Part shown: positions 1 through 10,405 of the stretch, piece by piece
Position numbering within the stretch: position 1 is the stretch's first letter
Layout of the letters: every line of letters starts with the position of its first letter
Assembly (NCBI GenBank): GCA_037447605.1
Contig: CM074809.1
Coordinates: 3,400,689-3,464,688, forward strand
Direction of reading: 5' to 3'
Length of the DNA stretch: 64,000 bases
Origin: Zygnema circumcarinatum SAG 698-1b
Lineage: Eukaryota; Plantae; Zygnematophyceae
Position numbers and translations under genes: made by a program
Notes under the pieces: model-generated
The model's database searches: none
What the model was told of the DNA's origin: nothing
Seen by the model: the letters and a program-made list of their open reading frames with translations, nothing else

Positions 1-168
1 TTACTGGAGGACACTTGCCACGTGTGCAGCGTGTACACGTGATAAAAGTGTTATTGAAGGATGCTCGGGTAAAGTTCGCAATATGGCCCTGTATGCCTTC
101 AGAGGTCTCTCTCCAATGCAGCATCAATAGCAGCTTACAGGAGGTTTTAGGTTCTTTGAGCAGAGATT

Positions 169-3100
169 ATGGCTTCAAAGCAGCCTGTTCTTGACAGGCG
201 GCGCATACAGCAGCGGTTCAAACTGAGAGGGATCATGCTGATGAAGGATGCCGTTGAGGCGGTGCTGGAGCTCATGCAGAGTCAGCAACTCACAGAAGAA
301 GCCCTGGTCGAGCTCATCACGGGGGGCATTCAAAAGCAGCAGTGTAAGCGTTGGATTTTTCTGCCAGACAAGTGATCGGTACCACCACTGCAGGTCAATT
401 TTTACAATAGTGGTAGTGTTTGCATTGTCTGTGAATATAGTAAATAGTAGCAATGCAAACACACTACTTAATTAGCTATACTGATAGATTCAACTTGAAG
501 GTAGGTTGAAGCTACTTTTTTTTTTGTTTGTACTTCTGTTTTGAATCATAAAGCTTAGGCTTCACTTGGAGCTGGCCAATGTACGTTGTTAATCACGCTA
601 CACAATGTCGAGAGGAAACAACAAAGCCACAAAGCAAAACAATTTTTTCCGTCATCTACAGAACTTTGTTCAATTTGTGAGTAAATGTAATAGATATTCT
701 AGAATATAATCGCTTGAATGTCGTGACTTTGTTCCTTTTGCAGTGAAAAGTAGTATACTAAGTAAAGCTGATATAGAGGCGCTGATTGGGGCTCCATCAA
801 ATGCTCCGACTGAGGAAACAAATGCGTTTAGCTTCATTGACGCATTTGATGTGCCAAAAAATCTGTATGATCCCCTCCAAAAGCGTTTCTTCAAGTGAGT
901 TCACTTTCAATTTGTTAACCTATTTATTTTCTTACAAAGCATGATGTTATTCAAAAGGTTCATTATCAAATTCCGTCCTCTGCCGCATAACTTCATATGC
1001 AAACCACTTAAACCGTAAATGGGATATCATTCGCAGCACTTATTGAAATGGAGTTTGAAAGGGCGGGACAGACATATTTAGAAAAAAACGAGTTGCACTA
1101 CTGTGAATTAGTTCAAAGCGCTTCGGAGCATGAGTCTTGAAATGAATGAACGTTAATATATAAATTCAGGATGCCATCGCTTATTGTCAATAGATTTTGA
1201 TGCCAAGGAATTTCAAAAAAATGTTTGAAACCTCAAGCCAAGCATCTGCACTCCTTTCATTTTGCGAAGTGCTTTTCTTCAGCGCCTGCAATGCAAAACT
1301 GCCGATCCCGCCTTCATCTTGGTAGCCATACAGAAGGCATTCAAGTTAGTACGTCCGCCTAGAGGTCCTACGTTACTGTGCTTCATGCCAAGTCGGCTAT
1401 AGATTCCATTGGTAAAGTTGAATGAGCTTCTCCGTTCTGCTTTCAACTTCTTCCTCTGCCGCAGATGCAAAGACAAGCAGAGCATCTTCGCAGACGCGTC
1501 ATCAAAGGCCGCTCTTTATCGTGAGAGATTGATGCTCTTGCAACAGAGACTAATGCGAGATCAAGATTTTATGCGGCCGGCACTTGCATTGGAAGGGTCG
1601 CAAAGTCATCACCGGGAAGTGAGTAAAGAAATTGAAAAACACTACCCGACCCAAGCAGCAGACAATAACCACAATACAGGTGTTCACAGTCACAAGTGTA
1701 GGTATAGGTCTATAGATGCAGATATCGGCTTAGGTTACAATGCAAGGTATATGTTACTAGAGACGACCTTTATAGCTTCTTTTTGACAGCCGAGTTAGAG
1801 AGCGTTACTGATTTCTGGAGATGATTTACGTCTGCAGTTAATGTCATTGCAATCTCTCCAAGGTGGTCATGGCCCGAAATACGTTCTCGGAGCAATATCA
1901 CAACTGGAGGATGGGCGATTTTTCCTTGAAGATCTTAACTCTTCTATTCCTCTCGATCTCGAGAATGCAATATCCTTTTCCACCACTTTCCTGGAAAACT
2001 GAAAGCTCAACGTTTCCTTCGTCTAAGCTTCAAGCTAGTTTATTTTCGGTCGCACTTCGACTTTTCTCACATGTAAGCTTCGTAGGAACTTAAGGTGGAG
2101 TTTGAAGCCCTTAACGGAGTTATGTCGACACGTCAGTTTAGCGGGGCTGTACACAGAGAACAGCATGGTTGTGGTTGAAGGAGAACTCAGGAGCGATGGG
2201 GTCCTTAAGGCACGTAACTTCCGAAACCCTAACCCTGGCCCTACCTCTCTCTCCTCCGAAATATCTAAGAGGATTATGTTCTGAGCTTGTTTCCGCTACT
2301 AATGCCTGAAACGAATGGAAAATCATTTGCAAAAATGAAGAAGAAATGAGCTTTTGAACGTCTTAACTGGATAGACTTGTTATTAATGTAGAGTTATGTA
2401 CATTTCCTTGTACTGGCCACCTGCAGGCAAATTTCTTAGGTTCTCCTATCATGGAAAAGCGCGAAAGCTCTCTAGAATTCACAGCCGGACTTGATTTCTT
2501 TGGAGGAGGAGCTCCTGACCCTGAGAACTACGTATGCTGTTTGAACCCAAAAAACCCAAAAATTGATTTCCTGCAGCTCAGTCAAAATCAAGTTCTATTC
2601 TGCAGAATGACTTCCGGTGACATTCTATCTTCGTTTGAGTATGTGGATGCATCTCTCTGTGAGTGCAGCGAAAATTGAAGGCCATTGAGAGAAATGCTGT
2701 GGAGGACACTTTCATTTTCATCTCCGATATTTGGCTTGATAACGAAAAGGTTGTTTGGTTTGTGAATCTCCAAACCCTGGAACTTCAATGTCTGGGAGAG
2801 ACAGGGATAGAGAGAAGGATGTAACCAGGGAGAGGGAGAGTGAGGAGAAAGCCTTATTTCTATAGAGTGCTATTGGGGTTCTTGGCAGACATTTGCGAAG
2901 CTGAAAACAGTTCTGGATGGATATGAGGCCGTACCGGTTGTTCCCTCTTTGTTTGTGTTTATCGGAAACTTCAGCTCTCACGTTTGCAGTTTAGCATTCC
3001 ATAACTTCACACAATTAAGGTATGAACTCCTCCTGCTGTTACATTCTTTGGCTTCCACCTCCCTTCCCTTCCACCTCCGCCCCACTCCCATGCCCCCGCC

Positions 3101-5089
3101 TTTCCACTGCCTCTCCCACACCCGCCTCTCCCCCTTTCCTTATCTTCCTTTCCTAGCACCGCTTTCCCTCTCTGCCACCTTTTAACGCCATTCCCAGGGT
3201 GGCAATCCGTAAGAATTATGTCAACAGACGTCATCTCGCTCCAACATCCACACGTTCATGCCTTCCATTTCCCATCTTCGTCTCCTCCTCTTCCCCCCTT
3301 CCCCTGGCCCCCACCTTTCGTTTGTCACGTTTCCCCCTTTTCTTCCTTCTCTTGTTTCCTTTTTGGATCGCAGATCATTGTTTGCGAAACTTGGAGCCAT
3401 GATCAGCAGTCACCCTCGAATAATAGAGAAAAGCCAATTCGTGTTTGTACCTGGACCAGGTGACCCTGGTGAGACCGTTTCCATGGCTTTTTCCCTCTTT
3501 CCCCGGTTGCTGAAAGTCATTAGTAGCTCCATTTTGTTTTCGGATGCATTTCACATTGTTCCTTTTTGTTCTTTGTGTTCTCTAATTTTTCTTTCGTGTG
3601 ATGAGTATGCCTCCAGGCCCAGCAAAGGTTTTGCCTCGACCAGCGCTACCGAAGTTCTTTGCTGAAGAAGTTTCCAAGTACTTACCTACCGCAGTGTTTG
3701 CCAGCAACCCATGCAGGTGCTTTTCCTGAAGCTACTCCCTGAGTGCTGCTAAATTGGAATCAGAATCCTTAGGACCTTGCATACTACTAACGTCAACATT
3801 GAGCCATTCACCGACCATTCAAGAGACGGGGAGGTGGGAGAGGGATAGAGCAGAAGGGCGAGGTAGACTAGCGTAGAAGAAGAGGAGGAAAGGAAGGGAT
3901 ACGAGAAAAAAAGAGGGAGAAGAGAGCAATGACGAGAAAAGTAGAAAAGGGAGGGAAAGCGCAAAGGAGTGAGGGAAAGGAAAAACTGTGAGAACACACT
4001 CACAGAGTGAGCACATGTTGGGATCATCGGGGAAGGAATGGGAAAGCGGGAAAGTGGTAGAGAGGACGGGGGAGCTGAGGGATTAGCACATGATCAGACA
4101 CCTCATATATACTAATGCGTATTCCTATGTTTATAGGGTGGGAATCCAGGATCAAGTGGTATTCCCAAGAAATAGTTGTGTTCCGAGAAGACCTTCTACA
4201 CCGCATGCAGAGGGCATGCGTGGTTCCACCTTCAAAGTCAGAAACCACAGAACCCTTTGAGCATGTAAGAACGGCTCTCAAAGGAACTCTGGCTTTTGCC
4301 CATATCCACATTTACCTGCAAATCTTCTCCTGCGCCTAAAATCACTATTTTCTTCATAGGGCTATTTACAGAGAGATGTGGCTATTCAGGCTTTTAGTGT
4401 TTTTGATGTTTTTTGCTTGCTTTCCCCTTTTTGGCAGAGAGGGAGAGGTGTAGGAACAAGGAATGCGCTTCTGGTTGAGCGCAGAATATTTTGTCGTTCT
4501 TACAAAGCTCCATCACACGTTCGGAGGTTGTTGTGGGGTGGAACGGAAAACAGTTGGCAATAACAGTTCTTCAACAGAGCCATCTCTGCCCCCTTCCTCT
4601 TACGGTGCAGCCACTTCTGTGGGAATACGACCATGCCCTCCGCCTCTATCCTGTGCCCGATCTGGTGGGAACCATCCTTCCCTCCTCTCCCCTTCCCCAG
4701 TTTCCTTCTTTCCTTCTTCATTCCTCCTCCCCTCTAACGCCCCTCCTTTCACTCCTTCCCCTTCCTTCTCTCCTTCGCTCCCTTCCCCTCCCTCTCCCTC
4801 CTTCCCACTCCTTTCCCACCGTCCTCACTCCCCCCCCTTTCACTTCCTCCCACTCCCTCCGTTCCCCCTTCCTTTCCCTCTCCCAAACCTCCCTCTTCCT
4901 CCCGCCACCTTCTCCCTCAACCTTGCAACCTTTCTCCTGCAGGTAGTGCTGGCAGACAGCGCTCAGCAGAAGACCTTCAAATACGAGGGCGTGACTGTGT
5001 TCAATCCGGGATCCTTCCATTCTGACGGGACCTTCACCTTCTACCATCCTTCAAGCCGTCAAGCTGACGAAAATCTTGTTGAGGATTGA
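169..5089 (+). CDS. POLE2: DNA polymerase epsilon subunit 2 (DPB2/POLE2), about 13 exons
   Basis: Spliced exons give [158 protein letters not shown] and FNPGSF, all hallmark DPB2 motifs. ATG at 169, TGA ends at 5089. Confidence 0.96.
1970..2131 (+). other. U12-type (minor spliceosome) AT-AC intron in POLE2
   Basis: 5' splice site ATATCCTTT at 1970, branch site CCCTTAAC at 2108-2115, terminal AC at 2130-2131. Removal joins DLENA|[10 protein letters not shown] in frame. Confidence 0.92.
2210..2426 (+). other. GC-AG intron in POLE2
   Basis: AAG|GCACGT donor and CTGCAG|GCA acceptor are the only junction I found that keeps [16 protein letters not shown] in frame. The nearby GT donor (GCAC|GTAAC) gives a frameshift. 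Confidence 0.7.
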
Positions 5090-5599
5090 TTACTAACATA
5101 TTTCCACACAGGAGTGGGAGTCGTCATTCAAAAAGTGAGTCTCCACAACCATCTGGAACTCTTCATGCCTTTCCCATTAAAGTCATAATAAAGGGTACGA
5201 AAAGTGAAATTTGTTAAATAATGAGGGACGTGGTAGATATCTGTTAAAAGTCGGTCGTTAGCGCCAACTTTGTCAATCGGAAGTAATTTACAGCCTTTGG
5301 CAGGTAGGATGCTTTTGTCACACAGCTGTGGAATTGCAGAATATGGAGCATTTAAATAGAAAGAAGGATATTCAAGTAAAAGAGACTTTTTTAGAAATGA
5401 TTGGGATGGGCTTCATTAAAAGTGACGTTTTTTGCTGAAGGTTGGAGCATTTACATATTGTTCGAATTTGATGCTGTTAAGGTGAGAGCGAGAGAGAGTG
5501 TAAGAGAGAGGGCGAGGAGGAGAGAGAGGTCTCTGATTCTTGTTTGGCTCACACTCTCGTACAACTTGATCTTGTGCCAATTGCACCCTCACTACACAG

Positions 5600-8385
5600 C
5601 TACCGCTCCAACTCCTTCTTCATCTTGGCATGCAGCCACACGCGCGCCATGGGGAAGCCCCTCCGGCGGTTGAAGAGGCGCACGCAGCAATATTCGCTCG
5701 CTTCCTGCCACCCCCCTCTTCTGTCAATTTTGTGAGAAACTTGACCTAAATTACAGCTCCTCGAAATTCACAGAGCCTCTAATTCCAATTTTGAGAGAAA
5801 GAGGGAGGGGGAGGAAGGGGGAGGGGAATGGGGAGGGGGGTGGGGAGGGGGGAGAGGGAGGAAAGGGGGAGGGTGGGGGGGGGGAAGGGGGAGGGGTAGG
5901 GGGAGGGGGAGTAGAGATATGCCATAATTTACCTGCACAAAGCCTTGGCGGGAAAAGATGTCCTCGAGGGCTTCTTGGGAGAAGAAGTACGCGAGGGTTC
6001 CATCCTCTCGCTGGAAGAGCGCGGGCCCCACTCTCTGGGATGGTGGGAACCGCATCATGACCATGTCGTACATGCCTGCCATGCATGCCATGCTATACAT
6101 TACATTACTCGCTCGATAACTCAAATGTAAAGAAAAGACGTTACACTTCAATGAAACCGATACCGGCAGAACTGTTTAAATAGAATACAGTTTTCTCTCC
6201 CTCTATTTCTCTCTATCTCTCTCTCTCTACTCTGAGGTTGATAAAGGAGTGGTCTCTATTTGACATGGTGCCTTCGCTGTGGAAAATCTTGTTCAATCGT
6301 TGCCCGGAAATTTAGGAAAGAGGATTTTTGCCTGGGCGCTGCAACTCCGAGGTTCAGCACAAGCATGCATTTCGACTTCCCTGTGTGCAATTCCAACTTC
6401 CACGAGAGAGGCTCGACAATGGATTTGGACATAGCCGATGTGGAAAATCTTCAATTCGAGACCCCCTAGTCTTCTAGCCCTTGACGCCTTACCAAACCCC
6501 CTTGAAGGGTTAAGGGTTTCAGAACTGCAAATAAAGAGATTAACGAGAAGTTGCTCCTAGGCGATAAGCGAAGGCCCTGAACTTTGGCAGAGAAGCTCTT
6601 ACCGTAGTCTCGAAACAGCACAAGCCCTCCAGGCGTCAGAGCTCCCCACATCTCCCTCAGAACTTTAGGCATCACTTTGGGATGCACGGCTGACAGTGTG
6701 AACATCTACATCACCCGAGAACCCCCCTCCCCTCAACATCACAGCTGAAATGATGTACGCGAGATCTCAACATATGTGTATACCCGCAACATTATGAGAA
6801 AACACGGGCCCTAACATCCCACCAGCAGCCAGGGAGCCCTCAAACAAAGAAAAACAAAGCTCACCATTGTAACCATGTTGAACTTGGGCCGCGTACATTG
6901 GTCATCCCTTCTCTCCTCCAATGCATCCACCTCACTGGGATCCCTACCGCTGCCCTCTCTCCTCTCAATCTCATACACATGCCTCCCGTTCCACTTAAAT
7001 TTCTCTCGCAGCCCCTCTCCAACTCTAAAGCACTCTTCACCATGAGAATGGTCTCTTAAGGATCGGAGATTTCCTGAATCCCAAGAGGAGCTCCCCGGTA
7101 CACTCCCACTCCCACTCCCACTCCCACTCCCACTCCCACTCCCACTCCCACTCACTTCGCCCTCAGTCCCTTCGCCCTCTCTCCCACATGTCTCGCTTCG
7201 CACGTTCTCCTCCCTCAGCCACTCCGTGACTCCAACTTCCTCCAGTCTTTTCTCTAAGTCGTCTTCTCCCACATTGCAGACCACCGCTCGGAACCTCTGG
7301 TCTGCCTCGTCTCGGCCAATCGCTTCGCTGACAGCTGTCAGCGCGTGATTGACTGCAGCAGGGCTACAGTCTACAGCCACCACACGGGCTCTTTTGTTGG
7401 CCCTGCAAGGGGAAAAGCAAAGGGGAGAAAAATCCATAGAAATAAGTGAAAAGTAGAACAAAACGCCGAAAAAAAGAACAAAAGAAAGAGTTGGGTGTGC
7501 GGGAGACAAAATGTTAAGACGGATTTGAAACAACAGAATGACAAATGAGCATTTTGCAGTCGATGGAATAGTAGCACAGGGGAGACCTTACAACATTCCA
7601 ACACTTGGGTGCTTCCTTTGGCCAGTTGGTGAAAGAAACAACACATAACACGGCGAATACAAACATTCATCGTCGATTCCTTTTGCAATTGTAAACTCGA
7701 TATAGCACCTGAGGATAGGTATAGCTGTTGAGCCGCTGCCACATCCGACTTCGAGGACCAATAACGGACTGCCATCTGGCGCCTCACCTACCAGCTCTGG
7801 AAACTCCGCCAGGACATAACGCCGCTCCTGCATTGCTATACTCGAGCGGTTTTCTTCAATCATTACATCGTTCAAACTCCTAACTCCCCCTTTCCCCTCC
7901 CACTCCCCCTTCTCTCTCTCTCTCTCTCTCTTCGGCCCCCCTTCCATCCACTCTCTTTTATCCCAATCCCTGGAAACGCCGGTCTTATCGAGACGAGAAG
8001 TGAAGAGTTTCTCAGGAAAACATTCTACTCACCTTGAAAAATCGAGCGCTAGAATGACGCTTATGAAACCGTTCCCAGGCTTCTGTTGCGCGGTCCATAT
8101 CCCATTCTTCGTCCTCGTGTCTATCTGAAACAAGGCACTCGACGAGCCGGACTTTTAAGGAAAAATGTTAAGCAGCTATTAACCTTGACCTCTTACCAGC
8201 AGCGCTCACCCGCTCCCTCAACCCCTGCCATACATACTCCAGCTGGCAGCCTCCCCCTCGAGCTGCTGTTCCGCACTTCGGCGGAGCTCCTCCCATTCGA
8301 AATCCCGCGAGTGATAGCACACCTTTCCCACCTCCTCTGCCGCCATGGCCTCCGCCTCACTCAAGGGCTCACAAGCGGTAGCCAT
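5600..8385 (-). CDS. Plant METTL6/METTL2-like tRNA N3-methylcytidine methyltransferase
   Basis: Exons encode CYHSRDFEWEEL, AWERFHKRHSSARFFKERRYVLAEFPEL, LEVGCGSGST (SAM-binding motif I), FTLSAV..PGGLVLFRDYGLYDMVMMRF, REDGTLAYFFS and EYCCVRLFNRRRGFPMARVWLHAK. ATG at 8385, TAG at 5600-5602. Confidence 0.9.
7101..7152 (-). repeat. (GGGAGT)n coding hexamer repeat giving a poly-GS linker in the methyltransferase
   Basis: The + strand shows tandem ACTCCC units inside the long exon; translation reads SGSGSGSGSGSGSGSGS. Confidence 0.8.
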
Positions 8386-8467
8386 GGCGCCAAACCTCGT
8401 CATCAGCCCCTCTCCCTCTCTCCCTCCCCTCCTTTTAGGGTTTTTAGGGTTCAAAAAGCCCTGATCC

Positions 8468-8503
8468 CTGAACCCTAACCCTAACCCTAACCCTAACCCT
8501 AAC
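8468..8503. repeat. Short (CCCTAA)n telomere-type repeat / telo-box upstream of the METTL6-like ATG
   Basis: gaaccctaaccctaaccctaaccctaaccctaac, about 80-120 bp upstream of the ATG. Confidence 0.8.
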
Positions 8504-8584
8504 TCCTCCCTCCTATGTGTGCCCAGTGGAGGACGTGCCCATAGCAGAATTCGTGCAGTTACCGCACAGCTCAATACCATACAT

Positions 8585-9060
8585 ACCGTACTGTTTCGTC
8601 GTACTGTAAATGTACGGCAGTATTACGAAGGTGCCACGTGGCGCCGAGCTAGGCGGTTCTCTTGGCGCCACGTAGCTGTCTGTCGTGTGAGTCGGGGCTG
8701 TCCGTACGGCTCAACTTGGGACAGTACAGTACTGTACGAATGGTACCGGATGCCGTACCTCTGCCCCAGACAGAAAAAAATTTGGAGCTCGATGTGAGAT
8801 GAATGTAATTATTACAGCTTTTTTTCTTTCTTTGAGTTCAGTGAACGGTTTCGGGCAGAGAAATACTTGCATCTCATTGGTCTTAAATTCGATTAAACGG
8901 GCAACTGAAACGTCCTCAATGCGAATATCCGGGCACTTAAAAATGTTTGTAGCTGCCCGGCCTGCCTGTCATTTTCCCCTACAACTCCGGTGAGTTTCCA
9001 TTGTGTACACGTGTCCCAATCTAAGACAACCACGTGGCAAAAATCGCACACGTGGCAGCC
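8585..9060. promoter_or_regulatory. Bidirectional promoter (METTL6-like / ABC1K) with G-boxes and a GTAC cluster
   Basis: Lies between head-to-head genes. Contains GCCACGTGGC at about 8633, an inverted partner GGCGCCACGT at 8664-8673, further ACGTGGC sites near 9030-9060, and nine GTAC sites in 8588-8758. Confidence 0.6.
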
Positions 9061-10405
9061 ACCGACTGGCCCTGCCCTTCAGGGAGGGCACCCCCGACCA
9101 AAACCTCTGTCAGCTGCGGCCTTCTAGGAAGCTCGCACCGCCTCCCTCCCTCGCTCTCTCTCTCGCACTCGACTTTTTCCTCCCACTCTTTCTCTCGCGC
9201 GCGTTCTCTCTCTCTCTCTCTCTCTCTCTCGCCTCTGTCCGCATGAGAGGTGCGCCATGGCGGGTGTGCTGCGGTGCAGATCGTCGCAGAACGGGAAACG
9301 GGTAGCGTCTCTCCTGCAGAGGTCAGATCCAAGCTGCTGCTGCGCGCATGCGGAGAGATACCTAGATTTATCGAGGTGGTTGCATGCACATATCGAGATA
9401 TATCATCGTTGATCCGGAGATTTGAGTCACCTCCTGAGATATGGTTTTGTTGTCTTGATAGAGCTGCTCATGCTGGTTTGGATATCTGAGTGTGAGGGAG
9501 AGGGAAAAGGGGAGATGGCAAGGAGAGGGAGGAAAGGGAGGTTGAAGTGAGAGAGGGAGAGAGAGGGAGATCGATCTTAGTCACCGATTTGGATGTTCCG
9601 AACCAGTTTAGCAATAAGCAGTTTAACGTCATCTTTCGTGTTCCATGCGCTTACTGTTTCTATATTTCTTCCTATGATGCGTTCTAGAGTTGATCTTGAA
9701 AGTGGCGACGGACAGCGAAGAGATTATTATTATTACTATTGATCCTTCATTGTTGAACTGGTTGTTAAACAGTTCAAACTCATTTCTTTTGTGTTGCAGC
9801 TGACTTCATAATCTTCGTGTATTTTAATCACCTTCACTACTGTTTGTGCTTAAAAGGTTTAAGCTGTGTAAGGTTTGGGCTTGCGGCCTTTTTTAAGTAC
9901 ATCTCAAATGTATTCGATTTTCTCTAATCAAACATTATTTGTTCCAAAAATAACTCTAAGCAATGTGCTTTAGGGTGGATACTTTCAGCGTTTAGATTAG
10001 CTGTTGAGGTAGAGGAGGAAGGAGAGAGGGAGAGATAAAGGGATGTGTTTGAGAATTATAAGCGATAGCATTAAGCAGCTAAATGCTTTCAGCTTTTACT
10101 GCCCACTAGCAGTAGAAGTGAAGTTGCAATTTTGTGTTTCTGGCGCCTCCTTTTTTATCAGTGAAGCATGAACACAAGAGGCTGCACTTGGGAGGTGCAT
10201 AAAGTCGCAAAAGTTTCATAAATCTGAGGGGGAGGCCATGCAAAGCGTTTGACCTTGCAGTCCTTCGACGTTCGGCTTTAGTTTCAGTTCAGTCGGTTTA
10301 GTTTAGTTTTTGTATAGAAGGGGAAAGGTTGCGTCTTGTCCATTTGCCGTTTTCTAATGCAATGACTGTGTAAGAGTTATGTCAGAAGTCATTTGAGTTT
10401 CTGAA

